From assembly GCA_902386555.1 (NCBI GenBank), contig CABMJJ010000009.1:345870-409869 (forward strand): 64,000 nt of DNA. Direction: 5' to 3'. The notes below the pieces were generated by a model. It saw only the letters and a program-made list of their open reading frames with translations. It was not told where the DNA came from and did no database searches. Source of the stretch: Candidatus Bilamarchaeum dharawalense (GTDB lineage: Archaea; Micrarchaeota; Micrarchaeia; Anstonellales; Bilamarchaeaceae). Positions 47,385-57,012 of this stretch are shown here, piece by piece; the first letter of the stretch is position 1; each line of letters starts with the position of its first letter. Both the position numbers and the translations under genes were made by a program.

Positions 47385-48716
47385 ATGAATATGCTAGGCT
47401 GGCGGATTCTAGGCCAAGGAGAGTATAAATTAGACATACCAGAACTAAGCGATGATGAAAAAAGACTTATTTTAGCAACTGAAGAAAGGATCAAAGAGAT
47501 TGCCAGAACGAATAGTGTGGATGATTTGGAAGCGCGCAAATCAATGATAGAAAGCGCCATGAGTTATTGTGTCAATAAGAATTGCTTTTACTTAAATTCC
47601 AACCAGACAGCCTATTTGAACAAGATTGCGTTCATCCATATCTATGGTTTTGGTTTTCTTGAGCAATTGGTAAACGATAATGAAATTGAGGAAATAAGCA
47701 TTATTGGCCCTAACAAACCAGTTTATGTATATATAAGAAAAATCGGGTGGAAAAGCATTAATGCGTGTTTTGAAACCGAACAAGCCATAGCAGATATGAT
47801 AAATAAGATGGCGCGGGGCTTGGGACGCCATATAACGATGCAAAATCCAAGGCTTGATGCAGTTTTACCAAATGGCTCACGCCTTCATGCGTCATTGGCA
47901 CCCATATCAGAAGGAGAGATAACAGTACGAAAATTTAGACAGCGGCCATTTTCTCCAAAGGAACTTTCTGGTGATTTGGTCTCGATTGAGGGGTTGGCCC
48001 TACTTTCAATGATAATGCAATGTGATTTTTCTGTGATTCTGGCTGGCAACACGGCAAGCGGAAAAACAACAACCATGAACTCATTATTCTCATTTATACC
48101 ATCAACTGAGAGAGTTATTATCACTGAAGAAACTCCGGAGATTAATGTACCCCACAAACATCAGTTAAGATTAGTAGCAAACAAAGAGATGGATGTAAAA
48201 TTAAAGGACCTGGTGTATGATTCGTTGAGAATGCGACCGGATAGGGTGATCATTGGAGAGGTTAGAAATAAAGAAGAAATTGAAGCGTTGTTTGATGTTT
48301 TATTAGCTGGACAGGCACGTGGAAATTATGCAACTTTTCATGCACAAAGCGCTGATGAGACACTTACGCGATTATCATCTTTCGGAATTAGAAGAGCCGA
48401 CCTTACGTGCATAGACTGCATAGTAGTACAACGAAGAATGTTGGAATATAACCATCAAAAAAGAGAGAATAGAGAAATACGACGAATCACCGACATCGCA
48501 GAAGTGAGAGGTGAGGTAACCCATAGTTTATATCATGATGGAAGGTTACACCTCCAGGAATCGTTACTGGTAGAAAAGATATGTGACCATTTTAAGTTAG
48601 GTAAAAAGGAACTGGAAGTTGAATTGGGAAAACGAAAACAACTTATCCTAAATGCCAATTCTGATTACTTCGAATTTTTTGACCATATACAAAAGGCATT
48701 GTATGGAGGCGAATAA
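47385..48716 (+). CDS. FlaI/TadA/VirB11-family type IV pilus/archaellum assembly ATPase
   Basis: Walker A AGNTASGKTT and secretion-ATPase-fold motifs. GGGGGG SD-like sequence before the ATG at 47385. The track ORF start at 47301 is rejected because it overlaps the previous gene. Confidence 0.8.
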   Translation: MNMLGWRILGQGEYKLDIPELSDDEKRLILATEERIKEIARTNSVDDLEARKSMIESAMSYCVNKNCFYLNSNQTAYLNKIAFIHIYGFGFLEQLVNDNEIEEISIIGPNKPVYVYIRKIGWKSINACFETEQAIADMINKMARGLGRHITMQNPRLDAVLPNGSRLHASLAPISEGEITVRKFRQRPFSPKELSGDLVSIEGLALLSMIMQCDFSVILAGNTASGKTTTMNSLFSFIPSTERVIITEETPEINVPHKHQLRLVANKEMDVKLKDLVYDSLRMRPDRVIIGEVRNKEEIEALFDVLLAGQARGNYATFHAQSADETLTRLSSFGIRRADLTCIDCIVVQRRMLEYNHQKRENREIRRITDIAEVRGEVTHSLYHDGRLHLQESLLVEKICDHFKLGKKELEVELGKRKQLILNANSDYFEFFDHIQKALYGGE

Positions 48717-50279
48717 ATGTTCGACTTTCTTTGCGGGATGGTAGATAAATTTCCAAAGATAAAAATTAATGGGCAGTATGCGAAAGTTCTGAGATTAATA
48801 AAACCAGAAGTTGATGCTCATCGGTACTGTGGAATGGGTATTTGCTTGGCTTTGATTTTAGGATTTGTTTGTTGGGGGCTGGTCGGACAATTGGATGCCA
48901 TGTTCGCTGGGTTTGTATTCGCGCTTGTTTTTTTGCTAAGTTTACCAAATATGGAACTGGAAAAGAAAAAAAGAGAAATAGAGATGTACCTGCCGTTCTT
49001 CCTAAGAAATTTCGGGATGTTAATAGACATGAAAATACCGTTTTACCAAGCACTGGAACTTGCCGCAGAAGGAAACCAAACGCTTACTAAAGAGATAAGG
49101 ATTACCCTAAACTGCACCAGGAATGGACGGAGTATGCAAAATGCATTGGCAGAATTGGCAATTTCATTTAACTCAATGACAATAAAACGGGCAGTTTCAC
49201 AATTAATATCAGTATATGAAACCGGAGGGTCTGGAAGGGAAATAAGAAAATTCGGGGATGAACTGATGGCGCTGGAACAGCATCGTCTCAAAGAATATGC
49301 AGCTAAAAGCTCGATCTTTGGATTGTTGTTTGTGATGTTAAGCGCAGTGCTTCCAACTTTTTTTATTGTGTATATTATAACCGGAAGAATAGGATTGGGG
49401 AACTACATAAATCAAATGCAAATGACCATAATTCTCTTAATAATTCTACCATCGGTAAGTGCACTCGTATTGATGATATCAAAAATGTTCATGCCACGAT
49501 CAGTATTTAGCAATAATAATTGGTTTGACATAAAATTGTTATTTCCTGCCGTGTTACTGATCGTAGGTTCGATTTGGATAGAATTTAGATTGTTATTTTT
49601 TGGTGTAGGAACGGTTATTGGCATTTATTTTATATTTGATAATTATAAGCACGAACGAAAAATAGAAGATATTGAAGAGAAACTTCCGGATGCATTATTT
49701 GCCATAGGCGGCATGCCAAAATCAATACGGGTAGAAAGATTATTTGAAACAGTAGAACAGAATGAATTTGGAGCATTGTCACAGGAGATGGGCAAGGCAA
49801 AAAAACAGCTTAGTATGAATATAAAGGTAGGGATTGTACTCGATGATCTGGCAAAAAGAAATAAATCGAAAATGCTTGAACAAACATGCATGATGATGAA
49901 ACAAATGATTGAGACTAATTCGCTAGATCAGATGAGTTGTTTGGCAGATGATATGATAAGAAATCTCCAGATAAAACGTGACAGAAGCCAGCTTCTTTCC
50001 ATGCAAAAATACACGATGTTGTTGGGCGCGGTTTTAGTACCGACAATATTGAAAACTACATTAAACCTTATTCAGACTATGGGGGAAGTTATGGACAAGA
50101 GTATGATTAATGAATTAGTGATAAATTGTAATTTGTTAATTCCGCCATACCTGGTTATTTATGCGATAATGGTTGCAATAGCAATTGCGGATAGTGAGGG
50201 GAAAAAATCTGCCATGGGCGGGTACTCAATTGCCTTGACAGTTTTGGGTTTGGTTTCGTTCTACTTTATAAACTTATAA
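48717..50279 (+). CDS. FlaJ/TadC-like polytopic membrane platform protein (two T2SS-F-like halves)
   Basis: 520 aa. Two homologous halves, each with a cytoplasmic helical domain flanked by TM helices. Start adjacent to the ATPase stop. Confidence 0.7.
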   Translation: MFDFLCGMVDKFPKIKINGQYAKVLRLIKPEVDAHRYCGMGICLALILGFVCWGLVGQLDAMFAGFVFALVFLLSLPNMELEKKKREIEMYLPFFLRNFGMLIDMKIPFYQALELAAEGNQTLTKEIRITLNCTRNGRSMQNALAELAISFNSMTIKRAVSQLISVYETGGSGREIRKFGDELMALEQHRLKEYAAKSSIFGLLFVMLSAVLPTFFIVYIITGRIGLGNYINQMQMTIILLIILPSVSALVLMISKMFMPRSVFSNNNWFDIKLLFPAVLLIVGSIWIEFRLLFFGVGTVIGIYFIFDNYKHERKIEDIEEKLPDALFAIGGMPKSIRVERLFETVEQNEFGALSQEMGKAKKQLSMNIKVGIVLDDLAKRNKSKMLEQTCMMMKQMIETNSLDQMSCLADDMIRNLQIKRDRSQLLSMQKYTMLLGAVLVPTILKTTLNLIQTMGEVMDKSMINELVINCNLLIPPYLVIYAIMVAIAIADSEGKKSAMGGYSIALTVLGLVSFYFINL

Positions 50280-50293
50280 AGAGAGCAAATCCC

Positions 50294-50782
50294 ATGGACA
50301 CTATCAGCACCATCGCGGTTTCCATACAAAATCCATTACTAACCGCTCTGGATCTTTTTTTTGATAATGTATTCATATATGCAGGATTGATTTTGTTGCT
50401 TGTTTTCCTAGCAGAAAAAAGAGAAGAGAAAAGACGAAAACTAATTGTTTCACTGATACTAACATTCATACTGGCAACAATAATCAAAGTTGTTTTAGCA
50501 CATCAGCGCCCCTGCTTTGGCCAACTTGATTGCCCAGAGGATTATTCCTTTCCAAGTCTTCATGCAGCAATTGCATTCACCCTCATGACTGGCTTTTTGA
50601 ACAAAAAAAGTTTTCCACTGTTTTTGTTTTTTGCTTTGGTTGTTTGTTTCACAAGATTAAACCTGGGGGTTCATATCTTTCAAGACATAGTAGTGGCATT
50701 ACCACTAGCTTTGGTGTCCTATTATCTAACAGATATTCTTTGGAAAACTCCTAAGAGGAAGCCCTATGGATCGCGAAGTTAA
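50294..50782 (+). CDS. PAP2-family membrane phosphatase (candidate dolichyl/undecaprenyl pyrophosphate phosphatase)
   Basis: PAP2 motifs KVVLAHQRP, FPSLHAA and RLNLGVHIFQD. 162 aa. Confidence 0.7.
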   Translation: MDTISTIAVSIQNPLLTALDLFFDNVFIYAGLILLLVFLAEKREEKRRKLIVSLILTFILATIIKVVLAHQRPCFGQLDCPEDYSFPSLHAAIAFTLMTGFLNKKSFPLFLFFALVVCFTRLNLGVHIFQDIVVALPLALVSYYLTDILWKTPKRKPYGSRS

Positions 50783-51326
50783 CAGACAGATGTTTCATCT
50801 ACTAGTCGGTTTGATAGTGGTAGCTTTGCTCCTATATTATGGCAGAGGAACAACCATGGTGGCGGTTTTCTTTGTAATAATTTTTGGATTGTTAATAATG
50901 AATGCGCGCCTTCTCAAAAGTAAGAGTGTAGTACTAAGACTTGTTCAGTGGTTCGAAAAAAATTTCGAAAGAACCGATGCGCCACTTCCTGGGTGGGGCT
51001 CTGCCTGCTATGCTGCAGGAGTGCTAATTACAATAAGCGTGCTGCCTAATCAATATGAAATAATAGCAGTGGTATTGATGCTTGCTTTAGGCGACAGTTT
51101 CTCAACCATAATCGGAAGGAAGGGACGAATTCTGTTGCCCCATAACAAGAAAAAAACACTGGAGGGGGCCGTTGCTTTCTTTGTCGCTTCTTTACCAATA
51201 TATTACTTCATAGGACCAATGGCGATACCATTGATAATCGTTGGGACAATAATTGAAACACTGCCTTTAATAGATGACAATCTAATGATTCCGATCGTGG
51301 CTACGACATTATTGGTGATTTTTTGA
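50766..51326 (+). CDS. Polyprenol/dolichol kinase-like (CTP-dependent, CdsA/DolK superfamily) membrane protein
   Basis: C-terminal GDSFSTIIGRKGR...KTLEG motif, characteristic of the dolichol kinase/CTP-transferase family. 17-bp overlap with the PAP2 gene. Confidence 0.5.
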   Translation: MDREVNRQMFHLLVGLIVVALLLYYGRGTTMVAVFFVIIFGLLIMNARLLKSKSVVLRLVQWFEKNFERTDAPLPGWGSACYAAGVLITISVLPNQYEIIAVVLMLALGDSFSTIIGRKGRILLPHNKKKTLEGAVAFFVASLPIYYFIGPMAIPLIIVGTIIETLPLIDDNLMIPIVATTLLVIF

Positions 51327-52096
51327 TAATTCTCTTTACCTCAAATAACATAGCCAGCAAAAAAATTGCTGAGAACTTGATCCTGAAACACGGATTCCAA
51401 AAATTAGGCGATAGGGAATGGCAGAAAGAAGAGGTAAAATTGATTGACACCGACCTTCCAACGGTTCTAGATGTTCCACCAGCTATCGATACGGATTGTA
51501 TAATCATGCTCAGCACGCATAAGAGTAAAGTTCCTGGAAAAATGTTAACTGCACATATACCTGGAAATTGGAGTGATGCTGGACTTGGTGGCGAACCAGA
51601 AACCTTAAACATTGCTGCTACGGCAAGGCTAAAGAAAATTGCAATTGCGATGAAAAATGAGGCAGAAAAAATCGGCTGGCCGTTCTGCCTTGAAGCAGAC
51701 CACCACGGTCCAACCATAGCCGTACCAATTATCTTCGTAGAAATAGGAAATGATGAAGAGCAGTGGAAAGATGAAAAAGCAGCAGAAGCAGTAGCAAACG
51801 CAGTTAGTAGTTCTCTGGGGCCTTTAGAAGAATATAGAACAGTGGTTGGTTTTGGTGGGGGGCATTATCAAAAAAAATTCACGGAATTGATTGGTAGAAC
51901 AGATATGGCAATAGGACATATGGCACCGAAATATGTAATCGATGGATTAGATGAAAAAATGTTTAAGCAAGCCCTGGATAGAAACATCGAACCGGTCCAC
52001 GAGGTAGTTGTTCTTAAGGATGAAACAAATACGATGCATAAAAAGAAGATAAAAGAATTGGCAGATAAATTTGCGGTTAGATATACCGAAATCTGA
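51323..52096 (+). CDS. dtdA: D-aminoacyl-tRNA deacylase (archaeal DtdA/DTD2 type)
   Basis: Motifs ADHHGPT, IFVEIGNDEEQW, GFGGGHY and GHMAPKY match archaeal DTD2. 257 aa. Confidence 0.8.
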   Translation: MIILFTSNNIASKKIAENLILKHGFQKLGDREWQKEEVKLIDTDLPTVLDVPPAIDTDCIIMLSTHKSKVPGKMLTAHIPGNWSDAGLGGEPETLNIAATARLKKIAIAMKNEAEKIGWPFCLEADHHGPTIAVPIIFVEIGNDEEQWKDEKAAEAVANAVSSSLGPLEEYRTVVGFGGGHYQKKFTELIGRTDMAIGHMAPKYVIDGLDEKMFKQALDRNIEPVHEVVVLKDETNTMHKKKIKELADKFAVRYTEI

Positions 52097-52223
52097 GTTC
52101 AGCCAAAAAGCCTAGGTTTTTAATTACAAATTAGGAAACAAAAAACATGGAAGAAAACGAATTATTGTTAACCACAGTCTATGAGATAGAGAGTACGGTG
52201 GTTGCCAGGGGATTATTAGATAA

Positions 52224-52520
52224 GTGAGAGGCATGGAAGAGTCGCACAAAAAGTATGGGGTTCCAAAACCTGTTTCTGTAGGAGATACTCTAAAGGTTAA
52301 AATAGAAAGCCAGGGCGGGCAGGGAGATGGAATAGCCAAAATTGATGGTTTTATTATTTTTGTAAAAGGAGCAAAGAAAGGTGAGGAGTGCACGGTAAAA
52401 ATAAACGATGTAAAACGCACCTATGCTGTTGCTGAAAAGAGTTCCCCCAACCAACCATCTGAAGAAGAGAAGGAGATGGACGAAGAAGTTGAAGGTACCG
52501 GTGGCGGGCCAAGCGGCTAA
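52224..52520 (+). CDS. Stand-alone TRAM-domain protein
   Basis: 98 aa. TRAM-like beta-barrel region (VGDTLKVKIESQGGQGDGIAKIDGFIIFVKGAKKGEECTVKI) and an acidic tail. Confidence 0.6.
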   Translation: MRGMEESHKKYGVPKPVSVGDTLKVKIESQGGQGDGIAKIDGFIIFVKGAKKGEECTVKINDVKRTYAVAEKSSPNQPSEEEKEMDEEVEGTGGGPSG

Positions 52521-53753
52521 CTATCTTGTGACCCAAAAATTTACAAATGCCAGGAAAACCACTAGAGCAACAAGACCAAGGCTGATTTGAACATTGTTTA
52601 ACTGATCTTGAGTATAGGGTAGGCTGGGTCTAACCAAACTAGAGTCGTTTCCAAAAATCCCATTATAGGAGAGTGCGCGGCTGATAATTGTTTCGTTATA
52701 TTGTTCAGTTAGCAATGGATCCATTACCAGCAAAGACAGGTTGTGCTTTCCAATACCGACATAGGTGAAATTGAATTCATAGCCATAGGCAAAGGAATAA
52801 TTCTCTTTTTCTAGAGACACGGGGGTGGTTACATTTGGACCATGTTCGGCAAAATTTTTGATTGTGGATGTATTGGAGATTAGTTTCTCAATTCCATAGG
52901 GCCCTTCTTCAATGGAATAGCTTCGAAAGCTAAAATTTTTTGATTTGTTGCCATCTAGAAGAATTTCTCCATAATATAGCGGAGCTTGAGACAGTAAAAC
53001 AACATCAAAATGATTATTATCCGTCAACTGTTCACGTAGAATGGGAGAGCGAAGGAAGAAAAGTTTGTTCTCACCAGCAACAATGAATGATTTGTTAATT
53101 GAGATGGGAAGGTAGTTGGTTGTGGTTACAAAATTATCAACACATTGAACACCATCAAGACGTCTATCATTGATAACATAGATAAAAGCCGCATCGCCTT
53201 CTATGGTAACATCAACAATATCTGCACCAGAAGAAGTTTTCATTTCCTCCAGAAGATTATCAGGGATAGATATATGGGTAGAAGAAAATGGAACACGGAA
53301 TGAGGAATTTTTAAAAGTAAAAATAACATCCATTTGATAATCGATTGAGGTATTCTGTTCAAATTCAGGACAACCATCATTATCAAAATCACAATAGGGA
53401 ATGGAATTGTATTCTTGATTGCAGGTGAAGATTTGCCCGTCTTTAGTTGGAAGAGAGGCCAGATGGTCCATGTAATAGCCTCGAGCAACAAGCAGAGATA
53501 GACCATTAGTTGGATAGATAAGCTCATCAATGGAGTGGGACATGCCAATTATTTCAATGCTAGAAAGAACCTGAAATTGTTGGGAATGGGTACCGAAATT
53601 TAGATTAAAGGTGGTCGATTGAGATTCGTTGGGGTTGAAGTTATTCTCAAGAAAATTAGTTAGTTGTGAATTGTGCTGACCAACCTCGTCCAGAAGAGGT
53701 AGTGTTAGGGCAAAGGAACATGAAAAAAATAGCAGAACAAAAACTGCTTTCAT
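52521..53753 (-). CDS. Hypothetical secreted surface protein with a C-terminal TM anchor and many sequons
   Basis: 410 aa. N-terminal signal peptide, C-terminal hydrophobic helix, many N-x-S/T sites. 4-bp overlap with the upstream gene. Confidence 0.4.
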   Translation of the reverse strand: MKAVFVLLFFSCSFALTLPLLDEVGQHNSQLTNFLENNFNPNESQSTTFNLNFGTHSQQFQVLSSIEIIGMSHSIDELIYPTNGLSLLVARGYYMDHLASLPTKDGQIFTCNQEYNSIPYCDFDNDGCPEFEQNTSIDYQMDVIFTFKNSSFRVPFSSTHISIPDNLLEEMKTSSGADIVDVTIEGDAAFIYVINDRRLDGVQCVDNFVTTTNYLPISINKSFIVAGENKLFFLRSPILREQLTDNNHFDVVLLSQAPLYYGEILLDGNKSKNFSFRSYSIEEGPYGIEKLISNTSTIKNFAEHGPNVTTPVSLEKENYSFAYGYEFNFTYVGIGKHNLSLLVMDPLLTEQYNETIISRALSYNGIFGNDSSLVRPSLPYTQDQLNNVQISLGLVALVVFLAFVNFWVTR

Positions 53754-55657
53754 AACAATCCGCTTAGTTTATCTACAGTAACAAAAGATAAGGTATCATT
53801 AATTTGAGCGATTTTTAAACTGGCCCGTTCGCGCTCACTGAGCGACCCTAGTATGTGTTTTATCTCTGCCTCATCATCCACAACAATTATTGCTTTCTTA
53901 GTGAAATGGGTTCCGAAAAAGCCGATTTCAGAATCCTTGAGTATAAATTTGTTATCCTGTTCGGTGAATGAACTACCGCTTTCAATTAATTTTTCCCTAA
54001 TAATACGACTAAGAACGTTTTGTTTTACATTACCTTCCCCTTTGAGCTGATAATAATCCCTGTGGGTCTCCAGATAGCCTGCTTTGACAAGACGGTTTAG
54101 GATTTCTTCAACATTACCCTCAGTAACATCTGCACCATTTGTTAGATAGCGTTTGAGAGAAACGGTAAATTCATGAGGAGTGATGGGGGATTTGGAAAGA
54201 TGCATATCATGTCGAATTTTCTTGAAGCTTTCCAATGCACGATTAGTCGGTAGACGAATTTCTTGGCGAACATAGGTTGAACTGTCGCCAAATCGTAAAC
54301 GATAGGTTGGTTTTCTGGTCATTCTTGCACCAAAATAAACAATAATCACAATAATAAGCCCTGGAAGCCCGTAGGTAACATAAATACCGAAAACAGGTTC
54401 CTGGTTATTTTCCACAACCACTGGAATGATCCTACCGCCAACGTCAAAATTAAATGTATTTGGACCTTTGGCAAGATCAGCACTGACCACCACTTCGCCA
54501 TTGGTTACATAGAACTTTTTCTTTATGGATGAATTACCTAGCCAGACATTTACCTCTGCACTGCTCATGGGTTTGCCATCAACAGTGATCAAGAAGATAT
54601 AGGACGTACCAACATGGTTCACGTAATTTATCTTAAGATCCTTGAGATGTAAAAGACCACTGGCGATGGTACCAGAATTATCATCAACAAAAATAGTGTA
54701 CTCTCCAGGTTGGGAATATTCCAATTTTTTTATGAAAACATTTTGATCAGTTACACGACGAAGTTCTTCGGTTTGGACAACGTCCCCGTCCCGTTTTATT
54801 GTTAAGATCGCAGTCCCGCTGGTCTGACTTAACTCGAATTGTAAGGAGGATTTTTCCCAGGGATAGATTGATGGTGGGGATGGAACAAGAACTTTTGGAG
54901 CTTTTGTTAGTTGAATTGAATCGTAAATACCATGAACATCGCCAATGTCGAAAATAAGTCTTAGATAGGTAGGGGATCCGATGGGAACTACGGAACTTTT
55001 GATACCGCTACCAGAGATGGTGTAGGTTTCGTTGGATTTGAGCATCCATTTATTGTAAAGGATATCCTGTGCCAAGGACACCTGGTTTTGCTCAAAAAGT
55101 TCGTCTAGAGTACCTTCATAAACAATGATTTTTCGCCTTTGTTCAACGGAAAGCTGGTCATACCAGGAGAATTCTTTGATACCGCTGCTCAGGATCAGAT
55201 CCTTGGCGCCAATGTAGATGATGGTTCCGTTTGTACCCTGCTGAAGATTAAAAAGTGCATATGATGGAAGGGCGCCAGTCGGGATAATATAAATATCTGA
55301 ACCTATTTTTGGTTCATCACTTACGGTGACTTTATATCCGTATTTTTCAAGAGTCTGAAGTTGTTCCACCAGCTCTGCAAATCTAGAGACTTGAATGGCC
55401 TGGCTATCGTTAATAATAGTAATAGAACGTTTTGGCGGAGAATCATAACTAATCAAAGTGATATTACCAGTACCACGATAGTTATACACCATATAGCCAT
55501 AATCGCCAGCCGTATTGGTTTCAAGAATAGCAAATGTAGGCGGTAGGGATTGGATTTGAGTTTCTGATTCTTCAGATGAAAAAATAAAAAACACTATGCC
55601 TCCCAGCACAAGTAATAGGATGAGAATAACACCAATTATCACATTCAGGATCTTCAT
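53750..55657 (-). CDS. Hypothetical bitopic-plus membrane protein: N-terminal TM, roughly 400 aa extracellular domain, a second TM, and a roughly 190 aa cytoplasmic domain
   Basis: 635 aa. Hydrophobic helices at residues about 5-27 and about 425-445. ATGA overlaps with pheS upstream and the 410-aa gene downstream. Confidence 0.4.
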   Translation of the reverse strand: MKILNVIIGVILILLLVLGGIVFFIFSSEESETQIQSLPPTFAILETNTAGDYGYMVYNYRGTGNITLISYDSPPKRSITIINDSQAIQVSRFAELVEQLQTLEKYGYKVTVSDEPKIGSDIYIIPTGALPSYALFNLQQGTNGTIIYIGAKDLILSSGIKEFSWYDQLSVEQRRKIIVYEGTLDELFEQNQVSLAQDILYNKWMLKSNETYTISGSGIKSSVVPIGSPTYLRLIFDIGDVHGIYDSIQLTKAPKVLVPSPPSIYPWEKSSLQFELSQTSGTAILTIKRDGDVVQTEELRRVTDQNVFIKKLEYSQPGEYTIFVDDNSGTIASGLLHLKDLKINYVNHVGTSYIFLITVDGKPMSSAEVNVWLGNSSIKKKFYVTNGEVVVSADLAKGPNTFNFDVGGRIIPVVVENNQEPVFGIYVTYGLPGLIIVIIVYFGARMTRKPTYRLRFGDSSTYVRQEIRLPTNRALESFKKIRHDMHLSKSPITPHEFTVSLKRYLTNGADVTEGNVEEILNRLVKAGYLETHRDYYQLKGEGNVKQNVLSRIIREKLIESGSSFTEQDNKFILKDSEIGFFGTHFTKKAIIVVDDEAEIKHILGSLSERERASLKIAQINDTLSFVTVDKLSGLL

Positions 55658-57012
55658 ATGTCCAACCTTGAGGATGTGAGAAAATCAACATCATTCTTAT
55701 AGAATGTTCTTATGTCTTCCAATTCAAGTAAAAGCATCAACGGGCGTTCAAGACTAAGTCCCCAAGCTAAAACTGGGTAGACCCCAACCAGGGGAATGCT
55801 AACCTCAGGTCGAAATATTCCTGCACCACCCAGTTCAAGCCATTGTTTTTTCTTTTCAAAGTATACTTCGATCTCCAAGCTTGGCTCGGTATAGGGAAAG
55901 AAACTTGGTCTGAAACGAATATTTTCAAAGCCCAGTTTACGGTAAAACTCCTTCAAAACACCCAAAAGATCAGTAAACGTTGCATTCTCCCAAATGATTA
56001 TTCCTTCAACTTGATGAAATTCTGCAAGATGTTTGTAATCCGTTGCCTCGTTACGGAAAACTCTACCGATGGAGAAAAATTTCTTGGGTTTTTTCTCTTT
56101 GTTGGCAGCAACATAGCGAGCAGATAGGGCAGTCGTATGAGTTCGCAATACTGCCTTGCTTGCCTCCTTTGGATCCCATTGATACTTCCATCCTTTTTCA
56201 TGGGCTGCCTTGACCCTTTCAATCAGTGCCTTGTCAGATGGGAGAGGACATTCCCCTTTTACATAAAATGTATCTGCCAATTCTCTGGCAGGGTGGTCCT
56301 GAGGCTGGAAAAGCGCATCGAAATTCCAGAATGAGCTTTCCACAAGATCTCCTTCCATTTCTTCGAAACCCATCTCAGTCATGATGGTTTTTATTTTTTT
56401 AGTAATTTGAGTAATCGGATGATTTTTACCAAGAGAGGCATTTTTACCAGGAACATTAATATCGAAACCATCGGAGAATACTGATGGATCGATCTTTTTA
56501 CCGGTGTATGAGATGGTTGTTGAACGAATGGTTTTCTTATCTAAGAGATGGCGCTCAAAAAATTCTTCAACAAGTTCAAGATCGCTTGAATTGCCATTGT
56601 TTTTTAATTCGGTAGAACAGTGAGTGAGTTTGGTAACCAGTTGATCGACTTCGTTTTGTGTTTTTGCAGGAACAAGCTTTCCAGCTTCAACTTTAACCAA
56701 CCCCTTAACTTTTGCCCATCTTATACCGATTGATTTTTCTACAGGTGAGAGATCGGTGATTGAGGCACCGGAAACGGCTTTTTGAAAAACAGAAACCTCA
56801 GGGAACGTGCTGGAACTGTATTGAACAAGCTCTGCTGTTGGGGAACCGACAACTGATTCTCTGGTATCGATGGTTACATATCCTTCTTCTCGAAGAGACT
56901 CGATAATTCTTCGTATACTATCAACATTAAGTGATGATAGCTGGGCAAGTTCCTCGATAGTCCTGCTCCTTTTAATTAGCAGATCAAGAACAATATCAGA
57001 ACCTTTGTACAT
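55654..57012 (-). CDS. pheS: Phenylalanine--tRNA ligase alpha subunit (archaeal type)
   Basis: Class II aaRS motifs (FRNEATDYKHLAEFHQVEG, GAGIFRPEV, GLSLERPLML). 452 aa. Confidence 0.85.
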   Translation of the reverse strand: MYKGSDIVLDLLIKRSRTIEELAQLSSLNVDSIRRIIESLREEGYVTIDTRESVVGSPTAELVQYSSSTFPEVSVFQKAVSGASITDLSPVEKSIGIRWAKVKGLVKVEAGKLVPAKTQNEVDQLVTKLTHCSTELKNNGNSSDLELVEEFFERHLLDKKTIRSTTISYTGKKIDPSVFSDGFDINVPGKNASLGKNHPITQITKKIKTIMTEMGFEEMEGDLVESSFWNFDALFQPQDHPARELADTFYVKGECPLPSDKALIERVKAAHEKGWKYQWDPKEASKAVLRTHTTALSARYVAANKEKKPKKFFSIGRVFRNEATDYKHLAEFHQVEGIIIWENATFTDLLGVLKEFYRKLGFENIRFRPSFFPYTEPSLEIEVYFEKKKQWLELGGAGIFRPEVSIPLVGVYPVLAWGLSLERPLMLLLELEDIRTFYKNDVDFLTSSRLDI

